A stretch of DNA of 52,867 bases from Deltaproteobacteria bacterium (GTDB lineage Bacteria; Desulfobacterota; Desulfarculia; Adiutricales; Adiutricaceae): positions 1 through 52,867 of the forward strand of contig JAISFP010000457.1 in the NCBI GenBank assembly GCA_031263525.1, written 5' to 3'. Under the pieces are notes generated by a model. That model did no database searches. It saw only the letters and a program-made list of their open reading frames with translations, and was not told the DNA's origin. Position numbers and translations under genes: made by a program. Positions 16,384 through 28,645 of the stretch are shown piece by piece (within the stretch, counting starts at the first letter, position 1; every line of letters starts with the position of its first letter).

Positions 16384-17144
16384 CCTTTCCCCCCGGAGGA
16401 CCCCGTCCGGCCCGTCACGGGCCTCCGGACCCCGTCCGGCAGGCCCCGCCATGCCTGCCCCCGCGCCCGGAAACGGTCGGGGCTCCCTGCCGCCGACCCT
16501 CCCGCTGTCCCTTCCGTTCTCCTCCTGACCCTTCCGTTCTCCTGCCCTTCCTGACTGTCCCCTGTCCCTTCCGTTCTCCGGCCCTCCCTTCTTGACTGCC
16601 TCCAGTCCCATGCCCCATTCCCGCAAGCGTCCCAGGACGCCCTCAAGCAGCCTACGCCGGGCCCTGCCGGGCCAGGAATGCCTCTGCCCTCCCCTAACAG
16701 GTTCCAGGCGGACCTGCCTCCCCCTCCTATTCCTGACGAACCTGGCCCCCCCACCTCCCGACCGAGTCCGCCTTCCGACGTCCCCGTCCGGCCTCTCCCC
16801 GGCTCCGGGCAGGCCTGCCCCCGCTCTCCCCGCTTCCTGGAATTCCTGCCGCCCTCGACCGTGCCCTCCCGACGTCCCCGACCGGCCTGTCCAGGGCCCG
16901 CCCATCTCGGTTGCCAGACTGGCCCTGACCCCCGCTCCCCCCGGCCTGACTCTGTCACGTCCCCCCTCCGTCCCCGTCCCAGGCTAAACCCCTCCCCGGA
17001 GCTCCAGGCTCCTCCTCAACGCCGCGCCGGAACCCTGCCGCGCCGCCGGGGACCCCGCCGGCTAAGCTCACCTCAGTCTGCAAACGCCCCCCCGCCCGTC
17101 TCGACGCGCCTCCCCGCCCCTTTTCAAGGCGATCCCGGCAGTAA

Positions 17145-17173
17145 TTGACAGGGGCGCCCTTTTCCCTTATATT
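17145..17173 (+). promoter_or_regulatory. Strong sigma-70-type promoter for rpmH (TTGACA 17145-17150, 17-bp spacer, TATATT 17168-17173)
   Basis: A perfect -35, optimal spacing and a 5/6 -10 were read directly. It lies 121 nt upstream of the rpmH ATG. Confidence 0.55.
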
Positions 17174-17182
17174 CGGCAGATC

Positions 17183-17248
17183 GGCGCGGGCCTCGGCGGC
17201 CCGCGCCAGGCACAGCCGTGCCGGGCCCCGGGAAGGGGCCGTTTTTAT
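17183..17248 (+). promoter_or_regulatory. rpmH leader structures: a 10-bp GC stem-loop (17183-17207) and a terminator-like hairpin GGCCCC-GGGAA-GGGGCC followed by GTTTTTAT (17224-17248)
   Basis: Complementarity was read directly. The U-tract follows the second hairpin, and both lie between the predicted TSS and the rpmH ATG. Confidence 0.4.
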
Positions 17249-17293
17249 CCCCGGGGGGGTCTTTCCCCGCCAGAGACGCGAGGCTCTCGACCA

Positions 17294-17428
17294 ATGAAGC
17301 GCACCTTCCAGCCCCACAACATCAGCAAGAAGAGGACCCACGGGTTCAGGGCCCGCATGAAGACCCCCGGCGGCCAGGCCGTCATCCGCCGCCGCAGGGC
17401 CAAGGGCCGCAAAAGACTGACCGTTTGA
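17294..17428 (+). CDS. rpmH: 50S ribosomal protein L34
   Basis: Not in the ORF track because it is under 60 aa. My translation is [44 protein letters not shown], the canonical L34 sequence. Confidence 0.95.
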   Translation: MKRTFQPHNISKKRTHGFRARMKTPGGQAVIRRRRAKGRKRLTV

Positions 17429-17841
17429 CGCCCCCTCAGGGCCGCGGGGCCGGTTTCGGCCTCCCCAAGGCGGCAAGGCTCCTGAAGCGCCCGGAGTTCC
17501 TGAGGATGCGCTCGGCGCGGCACCAGTCCACGGCCTGGGTGGGCGACTTCAAGGTCGTCTGCGCCCCCAACGGCCTGGGGATCAACCGCCTGGGCGTGAC
17601 CGCCACGCGGAAGTCAGGGGACTCCGTCAGGCGCAACCGCCTGAAACGCGAGGCGCGGGAGTTCTTCAGGCTGAGGCAGCCGTCCTGGCCCCAGGGTCTG
17701 GACATCCTGTTCCTGGCCCGTCCTGGGGAGCGCAAGTTCCCTCCCCTCCACGAGCTCCATTCGGGCCCTGCCGAGGGGAAGCTCGTGGGCGCCCTCCGGA
17801 GGTCGCTCTCTCTGGCCGCCACCCGCCGGCCGCGCCCCTGA
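17425..17841 (+). CDS. rnpA: RNase P protein component
   Basis: Within ORF 17218..17841: [17 protein letters not shown]...[26 protein letters not shown] is a typical RnpA. It follows rpmH. The start is assigned tentatively to the TTG at 17425, overlapping the rpmH stop. Confidence 0.8.
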   Translation: MTPPQGRGAGFGLPKAARLLKRPEFLRMRSARHQSTAWVGDFKVVCAPNGLGINRLGVTATRKSGDSVRRNRLKREAREFFRLRQPSWPQGLDILFLARPGERKFPPLHELHSGPAEGKLVGALRRSLSLAATRRPRP

Positions 17842-17918
17842 TCCTGTCCCGCGATGCCCGTCCCAGCTCCCCCGAAGGCCCCGGACCGCCCGACCGGACG
17901 GGACACTTTTTGCGAAAA

Positions 17919-17982
17919 GGCCGCTGGCCGCCCCCGGAGCCTCACCCCGAGCCTCCAGCGGGCCTCCGCCGCCTTTTTTTTT
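17919..17982 (+). terminator. Possible terminator-like element: imperfect stem (GGCCGCTGG...CCAGCGGGCC, inner GCGG-GCCT-CCGC) followed after 4-9 nt by a T9 run (17974-17982)
   Basis: A T9 run is exceptional in this GC-rich context. The stem geometry is not ideal. It sits between rnpA and yidD, which are normally co-transcribed. Confidence 0.25.
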
Positions 17983-18027
17983 GTCCGGAAGGCAGCGCCG
18001 CCAGCCGGACAGGGAGGGCAGCGGCGC

Positions 18028-18196
18028 CCGGACGGCCCGAAAACCTCCGGAAGTCCGGACGGCCCCGAGAGGCCCGGAAGTCCGGACGGCCCGAAGACCC
18101 ATGAAAGGCCGGACGGCCCCGAGAGGCCCGGAAGTCCGGACGGCCCGAAGACCCTTGAAATGCCGGACGGCCCCAAGACCCAGGCAAGGCCGGACG
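18028..18196. repeat. 27-bp sub-unit / 54-bp unit tandem repeat (CCGGACGGCCCCGAGAGGCCCGGAAGT + CCGGACGGCCCGAAGACCC(A/T)TGAAA(G/T)G), about 6 sub-units
   Basis: 54-bp unit starts were read at 18055, 18109 and 18163. The period is a multiple of 3 and is in frame with the open frame that continues into yidD ([18 protein letters not shown]). Confidence 0.8.
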
Positions 18197-18351
18197 CACC
18201 AGTCAGGCCGGGTACGCGAGGAAGGCCTGGCACCCCGTTCAGCCCCGCCGGACAGCCGGACGCCGCGCCGGCCAGCCCGTCACGGCGGCTCACGAGGCGG
18301 CGCCCGCCCAGGCGGCCCCGCGAGACGCGGCCGGCGCCCGGTCCAGGCCGG

Positions 18352-18759
18352 ATGCCGCCCCGTGACACGGCAGCGGACGGCCCCGAGGAGATCCGGCGGC
18401 CGCGCCCGTCGCTCCCCGCCCTTGTCCTGGGCCTCCCCGTCCGCTTCTACCGTGCCTTCATATCGCCCCTCACGCCGCCCATGTGCCGCTTCACCCCCAC
18501 CTGCTCCGCCTACGCCCTTGAGGCCCTGGCGGTCCACGGGATCTGGAAGGGCGGGCTTCTGACCGCATGGCGGCTCCTGAGGTGCCAGCCCCTGTGCAAG
18601 GGCGGTTACGACCCCGTGCCGCCCCCCTCCCCCGCCAGGCGGGCCAGGACGATGAGGGCCGCGGCCCGGCGAAGGGCCAGGGCCCTCGGCGGGGACCTGC
18701 GCCCCTGGGGCCTGCGCGTTCCCCGGCCGCCCGGAAGGCCGCGCCCGCGGACGTCCTGA
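18352..18759 (+). CDS. yidD: Membrane protein insertion efficiency factor YidD, with an Arg-rich C-terminal tail
   Basis: The YidD signature [28 protein letters not shown]...GGYDPVP is present. The start is placed at the ATG at 18352, but the frame is open back to 17854. Confidence 0.8.
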   Translation: MPPRDTAADGPEEIRRPRPSLPALVLGLPVRFYRAFISPLTPPMCRFTPTCSAYALEALAVHGIWKGGLLTAWRLLRCQPLCKGGYDPVPPPSPARRARTMRAAARRRARALGGDLRPWGLRVPRPPGRPRPRTS

Positions 18760-18849
18760 AGGCGGGACCCGGAAGCTGGCCGTCCCCCGGTCCGCAGATC
18801 TCAGGATCTCCGGCTCTCTCTTTCTCCGGCCAGAATTCGTGCCCGGCCC

Positions 18850-18990
18850 CTCCGGCCTGCCGATCTCCCTCGCTTCAGTCCTGCCGGAGACTCGTTCTGC
18901 CGCGCTTCCGGCCTGCCGGAGACTCGTGCTGCCGCTCTTCCGGCCTGCCGGAGACTCGTTCTGCCGTTCTTCCGGCCCTTCCGGCCTCCC
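18850..18990. repeat. 32-bp tandem repeat CCTGCCGGAGACTCGT(T/G)CTGCCG(C/T)(G/T)CTTCCGG x3 (18880-18975) with degenerate flanking copies
   Basis: Unit starts were read at 18880, 18912 and 18944. Confidence 0.8.
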
Positions 18991-19344
18991 GCTCTTCAGG
19001 CCTGCTGCATCCCGATCTGACGGCCCTCCGGCATCCAGGCTTTCCTCTCGCGCCCCCCCGGCCTGCCGGCCTCCCCTCCGCCGCCCCCGCCGTCACCTGG
19101 CCCCCCAGGCCTGCCGGCGCCCCCTCCGGCGCCCCCGCCGTCACCTGGCCCGCCAGGCCCGACGGCGACCGCATGCAAGTTTCCCGCCGGTCCCCCGACC
19201 GGCCAGACCGGAAGGTCCCGCTCCAGCCGGACGCGGCCCCCCGGCACGTTCAGGCGGAGGGCCGGCCCCTCCGGGGGACCCAGGTCCCCGCCAGACCAGC
19301 CCGCTGCGTCCCCCGCCGGGCAAGGGCCATTCAAGGACAGTTTC

Positions 19345-21312
19345 ATGGAAAAGCGCGTCGTAGTCACCATGCTCGTGATGATGGGGTTCTTCATGCTGGT
19401 GAGCTACATCTACCCCCTCGTCTTCCCGCCGCAGCCCGCGCAGGAGGCCGGGACCGGGGCCTCGGCCGCGGACGCCGGGCAGGGCCCCGGAATCCTGGGC
19501 GCCCCGGTGGCCCCGGGGGCAGGAGGGACAACGGCGGGCGGGCCCGCCGAGGGCGCCGGCGCCCCGCCGTCCGTGGCTGGGGACGCCTCCGGGACCGCCG
19601 CCCCCGCCGGGGAGGCCGGGGTGACCGCCTCCGCGGAGGCGGACGTTACGGTCGGGCCGGCAGTGGACGCGGGGCAGGCGGGCCTGCCCCCTGCCGCCCA
19701 GGGGCCGCCCAGACGGGTGAAAGTCGACACGCCCGAGTACATGGCGGTCTTCACCGAGGAGGGGGGCAGGCTGGTAAGCTTCAGACTCAAGAAGTACAAG
19801 TCCTGGGACGTGGCGGGCGAGGAGGCGGAGAGCTTCCAGGAGCTCGTGAACCGGCCCGGCCAGGCCGACCCCGCGCCGTTCCCCCTGAACCTCGTGTACG
19901 TGTCGCCCGACGGGACGGCAGAGGACCTCGGGGGCGTGAGGTTCGTGGCGGACGCCGCCGAGGTGTCCGTGGACGAGGGCGGGACGGCCACGCTGGTCAT
20001 GACCCCGAGGGATAAGACCTCGGGGCTCTCGCTGGAGCGCGTCTACACCTTCACGGCCGGATCCTACGTGATCGGGCAGGAGCTCCGGCTCGCGAACGGG
20101 GGCTCCAGCCCCATCTCCGGACGGATCGGCCAGAGCCTGAGCGCCTGGCCGTTCGCCGCGCGCCAGAACCGCTACAACGTCATGACGGCCTTCATAAACA
20201 GGAAGCTCGTGGCCGAGCCCGTGGACGACGCCCAGGAGGAGCTCGCCGACATCAGGGTGGTGAGCTCCGCCGACTTCCTGGGCTACATGGACCAGTACTT
20301 CCTGACCGTCATGCTCTTGGGCGACGCGCGGGGCGACCAGCCCCAGGCCGGGGAGGCCAGCCCGTGGCGCTTCGCGGCCCGCGAGCTCCCCGGCCAGGGC
20401 GTGGCCGCCACGGCCACGAGGCCCCTGGAGCTCGCCCCGGGGGCGTCCGTGAGCCACCGCCTCGACTTCTTCTACGGCCCCAAGGAGACGGAGCTCCTGA
20501 AAAGCGAGGGCCACAGCCTCTCCATGAGCGTCGACCTGGGCTGGTTCAGCTTCCTGGCGCACCCGCTGGGCTTCCTCCTGCGCTTCTTCTACGGGTTCGT
20601 GGGCAACTACGGGGTCGCCATAATAATAGTCACGGTCCTCATTAAGATCGCGCTCTGGCCGCTCACAGCCAAGAGCTACAAGTCGATGAAGAAGATGCAG
20701 CAGGTCGCGGAGCCGGTGAAGAAGCTCCGGGAGAGGTACAAGAACGATCCCGAGACCATGAACAGGGAGATGATGGCGCTCTACCGGGCACACGGCGCGA
20801 GCCCCCTGGGCGGGTGCCTCCCGATGCTTCTGCAGATCCCCTTCTTCTTCGCCTTCTACCGGGTCCTGGACTACGCCCTGGAGCTTCGCGGGGCGCCCTT
20901 CATGCTCTGGATACACGATCTTTCCGCGCCGGACAGGCTCTTCAACTTCGGCATGTCGATCCCCTTCCTCGCCCCTCCCGCCGGCATACCGGTCCTGACG
21001 CTCCTGATGGGGGGGACCATGATCTGGCAGCAGCGCATGACGCCCACCATGGGGGACCCCATGCAGGCGAAGGTGATGATGCTCCTGCCCCTGTTCTTCA
21101 TCGTCTTCCTCCTGAACATGCCCTCGGGGCTGGTCCTGTACTGGCTGGTCAACAACATACTCTCCATCTTCCAGCAGAAGCTCATAAACCGCGACGCCGG
21201 CAAGGCCGCCCCGGCGCCCCCCGCCGGGAAGCCCGAGAAGCCCGGGAGGCCCCCTAACTCGCCGAAGCCGCGCAGGCACCGGGGCCCGCGGCCCGCCTCC
21301 GCGAGGAAGTGA
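19345..21312 (+). CDS. yidC: Membrane protein insertase YidC
   Basis: 655 aa. It has an N-terminal TM segment, a periplasmic domain and a conserved C-terminal 5-TM core (WFSFLAHPL...YGVAIIIVTVLIKIALWPLT...GCLPMLLQIPFFFAFY...PSGLVLYWLVNNILSIFQQ). An AAGGA Shine-Dalgarno lies upstream. There is an Ala/Gly/Pro-rich insertion after TM1. Confidence 0.95.
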   Translation: MEKRVVVTMLVMMGFFMLVSYIYPLVFPPQPAQEAGTGASAADAGQGPGILGAPVAPGAGGTTAGGPAEGAGAPPSVAGDASGTAAPAGEAGVTASAEADVTVGPAVDAGQAGLPPAAQGPPRRVKVDTPEYMAVFTEEGGRLVSFRLKKYKSWDVAGEEAESFQELVNRPGQADPAPFPLNLVYVSPDGTAEDLGGVRFVADAAEVSVDEGGTATLVMTPRDKTSGLSLERVYTFTAGSYVIGQELRLANGGSSPISGRIGQSLSAWPFAARQNRYNVMTAFINRKLVAEPVDDAQEELADIRVVSSADFLGYMDQYFLTVMLLGDARGDQPQAGEASPWRFAARELPGQGVAATATRPLELAPGASVSHRLDFFYGPKETELLKSEGHSLSMSVDLGWFSFLAHPLGFLLRFFYGFVGNYGVAIIIVTVLIKIALWPLTAKSYKSMKKMQQVAEPVKKLRERYKNDPETMNREMMALYRAHGASPLGGCLPMLLQIPFFFAFYRVLDYALELRGAPFMLWIHDLSAPDRLFNFGMSIPFLAPPAGIPVLTLLMGGTMIWQQRMTPTMGDPMQAKVMMLLPLFFIVFLLNMPSGLVLYWLVNNILSIFQQKLINRDAGKAAPAPPAGKPEKPGRPPNSPKPRRHRGPRPASARK

Positions 21313-21319
21313 GCCCCCG

Positions 21320-23134
21320 GTGGCCGGAGACCAAGGCCGCCGGGTCTTCTCCGGAAACTGCGCCGGCGAGGCCCTGACCCTGGCCGCCGAGGCACTGGGC
21401 GTCCCCGCGGAGACAGTGAGCTTCACCGTCCTCTCCGCGGGATCGCCGGGGTTCCTGGGCATAGGCCGCAGGAAGGCCCGCATCATGGTGGACCGCGAGG
21501 CGACGCTCGCCGCGGCGGCCGCCACGGGCCCTTCGGGGACAGGCCTTTGCGGGATAGACGGCTCCGGACGGGCCCCGTTCACCGGGAGAGGACCGGGCGG
21601 TGCCGGGACGGGAGACGCAGGGTCCGGAAGACAAACAGAGCCGGCCAAGTCACGAGCCTCCGGGTCCGAGGCCGGAGACGCAGGGTCCGGAAGAGATTCG
21701 GACCGGGCCGGGGCGGGAGGCTCAGGAGCCGGAAGTGATTCAGGCCGGGCCTCGGGAAGACCCGGCCCCGGAACGCCCGCGGACTCCTGCAGCGGGACAG
21801 GGGCTCCCGCCGCCCGGCCCGGCCGGGAGGCGCCTGACGGCGGCAATCGCCATCAGGCCCCCGCCCCTGACGGGACCGCAGAAGACTTCACCCCCAGAGA
21901 CTGGGCAGGAGGACGCACGAGTCCCTGCCTCCGGGACCGTCCGGACACCCGCGGCCCGGCAGGACCGACCGGAGCCGCCGAGACGGTCGCACACGGCGAG
22001 ACGGACGCACCCGGCGAGGCTGCCGGGACCGCCAGGGCGGCCGGACCAGCCGAGGAAGCCGGGCCCCCCAAGACAGACGGCAGGCGCGGCGTCGTCAACA
22101 GCGCTGGCAATGACGGCAGAGACGGGCTTCCCGGCCAAAACTGCTTGCCCGAAGGCCCGAGCCTGCCCGGAGACCGCCGCGCCCTCCCCCGCTCCGGGTC
22201 CCCTGCCCGCCGGGCCGGGGCCTGCGGCGGAGCCGGTGCAGGAGATGAATCAGCCTCGGGAGGCGGGGACAGGACCGGGGGGACGGAAGCAGGACCGGGG
22301 CCGGGCCCCGCAGGGGCGTCCCCTCCGAGAGGCTGTTCCGGGCGGACCCCAGCGAGCCTCCCCACAACGCTCCCCTCAGGCGCCCTTGGGGACCTCTCCC
22401 TCTGGGGGGCGGGCGAGGCGGGGCCGCTCCCCTTCCTGCCCTGGAAGTACGGGGGGTACCGGCCCGAGGACTTCCGGAGCGTCCCCGGGCTCGCCTTCAC
22501 CGAGGAGCTGATAGCGCTCCCCCCTCCGGAGACGCTGCCGCCCCCCGGAGGCTTCACGGCCCTCGAACCGGGCCCCTGGACCCTTGCCGCCAAGGAGATC
22601 CTGGCCGGCATCCTGAGCCGCATGTCCTTCGAGGCCGAGGTGGACGCCCTGCGCCTCGAGGACATGACCCTCCTTTCCGTCCGCTGCCCCGACAGCGCGA
22701 TATTCATAGGGCGCAGGGGCGTGGGCCTGGACGCCCTGGAGCTCGTGATCGCCCGCATGCTGGAGCGCAGGCTCCCGGAACCCACCGGCGAGGCCAGGCG
22801 GGTCGTGGTGGACTCCGAGGACTACCGCGCCCGCAGGCACCTGGGCCTTCTCCAGAAGACATATGTCATGGCCGGCGAGGCGCTTGCCGCCATGAGGCCC
22901 CAGTCCATCCCCCAGCTCTCCGCCGCGGAGAGGCACCTGGTGCGCGCCGCCCTGAAACCCGTCTCCGGCCTGAGGACGGGGAGCGCCGGCGCCGGGGCCC
23001 TGCGGAACGTCACCATCGTCCCGACAGGACACGGGGATGAGGACGGGGACCGCGAGGAGGACGAAAGTGCGGACTCGGAGGGGGACAGGGCCCCCTTCAG
23101 AGACGGAGGCCGAGACGGGGACGGCGAACGCTAA
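21320..23134 (+). CDS. jag: Jag/KhpB-type RNA-binding protein (Jag_N + KH + R3H) with an internal low-complexity insertion of about 340 aa
   Basis: GTG start 8 nt after the yidC stop. The N-terminus (GEALTLAAEALGVPAETVSFTVLSAGSPGFLGIGRRKARI) is the Jag_N domain. The C-terminus is KH/R3H-like (IFIGRRGVGLDALELV...VVVDSEDYRARRHLGLL...LSAAERHLVRAAL). Confidence 0.85.
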   Translation: MAGDQGRRVFSGNCAGEALTLAAEALGVPAETVSFTVLSAGSPGFLGIGRRKARIMVDREATLAAAAATGPSGTGLCGIDGSGRAPFTGRGPGGAGTGDAGSGRQTEPAKSRASGSEAGDAGSGRDSDRAGAGGSGAGSDSGRASGRPGPGTPADSCSGTGAPAARPGREAPDGGNRHQAPAPDGTAEDFTPRDWAGGRTSPCLRDRPDTRGPAGPTGAAETVAHGETDAPGEAAGTARAAGPAEEAGPPKTDGRRGVVNSAGNDGRDGLPGQNCLPEGPSLPGDRRALPRSGSPARRAGACGGAGAGDESASGGGDRTGGTEAGPGPGPAGASPPRGCSGRTPASLPTTLPSGALGDLSLWGAGEAGPLPFLPWKYGGYRPEDFRSVPGLAFTEELIALPPPETLPPPGGFTALEPGPWTLAAKEILAGILSRMSFEAEVDALRLEDMTLLSVRCPDSAIFIGRRGVGLDALELVIARMLERRLPEPTGEARRVVVDSEDYRARRHLGLLQKTYVMAGEALAAMRPQSIPQLSAAERHLVRAALKPVSGLRTGSAGAGALRNVTIVPTGHGDEDGDREEDESADSEGDRAPFRDGGRDGDGER

Positions 23135-23286
23135 GAACACGGGCGCCCGGCGACAGGGACGTGAGCCGCGAGGGGGACAGACTCAGGGGGACCGTGCCCG
23201 CCGGTCAAGTCGGCCTCCCTGACGAGGCCAGTGGCCAGGCCATCCCGGAAGAGCCTGCCTCCGGGACGGTCCCGGGGTCTGGGTCC

Positions 23287-23545
23287 GCCAGGGTGAGACG
23301 GCGGCCCGGACTGGGCAAGGGCCTGGGCCCGCCAAGGTGAGGCGGCGGCACTGACCGGGCCTGGCCCAGGGCTCCCCAGGACAAGGCGGCGGCACGGACC
23401 GGGCCTGGCCCAGCTCTCGCCAGGACGAGGCGGCGGCACGGACCGGGCCTGGCCCAGGTCTCGCCAGGGTGAGGCGTCGGCACGGACCGGGCCTGGACCA
23501 GGTCTCCCCAGGATGAGGCGGCGGCACGGACCGGGCCAGGGTCAA
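23287..23545. repeat. 44-bp tandem repeat (AGGCGGCGGCACGGACCGGGCCTGGCCCAG + a 14-15 nt variable-but-related part), 6 copies
   Basis: The anchor AGGCGGCGGCAC (or a variant) was read at 23296, 23340, 23384, 23428, 23472 and 23516, an exact 44-bp period. Confidence 0.85.
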
Positions 23546-23793
23546 GGCAGAAAGGCGGACATGGGGGGGCGGGACGCGGCGGCGGACGCCCCGCGCCTTC
23601 CCGGCCTTGCATCCTGCCCCCGGTCCGGTCCCCCCGAACGCCGAAAAGGGCCTGCCGGCCTGCCTTCGCCCCGGCCAGCGAACCCCGCGACACGTTCCCC
23701 CAAAAAAATTGCCCTGCGCCAGCCAGGCCCGGAACCCGCCCCTGGCCTTGACCATGATGCCCTGACGACGGAAGGAGCCGGGGGTGAGTGGCC

Positions 23794-23822
23794 TTGCCAT
23801 TCCCCAGGGCAGCCTGTATATT
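23794..23822 (+). promoter_or_regulatory. Candidate sigma-70 promoter for dnaE (TTGCCA 23794-23799, 17-bp spacer, TATATT 17 nt downstream at 23817-23822)
   Basis: The hexamers and spacing were read directly. It lies in a locally AT-richer patch 275 nt upstream of the dnaE ATG. Confidence 0.4.
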
Positions 23823-24096
23823 GAAACTCACGAGTCGAGTCTGTGCCCAGATGGGCAAAATTCGCATTTCAGAAACTTTCACGGCCTGCGGCAGGAAGTC
23901 GGCCTGCGACATTCCGGCCTCCACGGCGTCCCCGGCCGTCCGGGTCTCCCAGCTTTGCCGACCTCCGGCATTCTCCTCAGGCCTCAGGCCCCTTCCCCAG
24001 GCGGACGCGCCAGCGTCCTGCCCGTCCCCGGCCCCCGGCCTGACTGGCCCCGCCAAGGGCCCCTTCCCCGCGACGCCCCGCAGGAGAGACCGCCCC

Positions 24097-27666
<3,570 letters not shown>

Positions 27667-27750
27667 GCGCCGTGACGCACGCCAGGAAAGCAGGGACAGA
27701 TCTCGCGGCTTGCAAAGGACGGAGGCGAACTGCCGGGTCATGGCGAAACG

Positions 27751-28372
27751 GGAGAGATACGGAGGGAAGCGGAGAGATACGGAGGGAAGCGGAGGGATAC
27801 GGAGGGAAGCGGAGGGATAAGGAGGGAAGCGGAGGGATATGGAGGGAAACTGAGATATACGGAGAGAAGCGGAAAGATACGGTGGGATACGGAAGGAAGC
27901 GGAGATATGCGGAGGGAAGCGAAGATATGCGGAGGTATAGGCAGAGAAACTGAGGGAAGCGGATGGATACGGAGGGAAACTGAGACATACGGAGGGAAAC
28001 TGAGATATACGGAGGAAAGCGTAGGGACACGGAGGGAAGCGGAGATATACGGAGGTAAATAGAGATATGCAGAGGGAAGCGGAGATATGCGGAGGTATAC
28101 GCAGAGAAACTGAGGGAAGCAGAGGGATACGGAGGGAAGCGGAGATATACGGAGGCATAGGCAGAGAAACAAAAGGAAGCGGAGATATACGGAGGGAAGC
28201 GGAGATATGCGGAGGGAAGCGGAGATATGCGGAGGGAAGCGGAGATATACGGAGGTATAGGCAGAGAAACAAAAGGAAGCGGAGGGGTACGGAGGGAAGC
28301 GGAGAAATACGGAGGGAAGAGGAGAAATACGGAGGGAAGCGGAAAAATACGGAGTGAAACGGATGGAAAGGC
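27751..28372. repeat. 622-bp purine-rich minisatellite: about 31 copies of a 20-bp unit (GGAGATATACGGAGGGAAGC and variants; 10-bp sub-period; a 40-bp higher-order variant containing GCAGAGAAAC)
   Basis: Parsed unit by unit from the sequence. The plus strand is almost entirely G/A with an ATAT/ATAC core. It lies directly 3' of dnaE at the edge of the lower-GC block. Confidence 0.9.
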
Positions 28373-28645
28373 AAGAACGCACTGAACGACCCTGACGGCT
28401 CGGTCTGATTGACCACTTCCTGGCCAGCCACCTGTCATTCGAGGAGGTTAGGATAGGTTTAATTTTCGGGAAGGCAACCGTACAATACCTGAGACGGGGG
28501 TCATGCCTCCGGGGACGGGTCGATCCTGATCCTGGACCAGATTGAATCTCCTCTGGGGAACAGATGCCCGTAATGACCAGGCTCTTGCGCTAAGCATTGC
28601 ACGAGAGCGCGACGGGGCCGACCATCCTCAGACGAGCCTGTAAAT

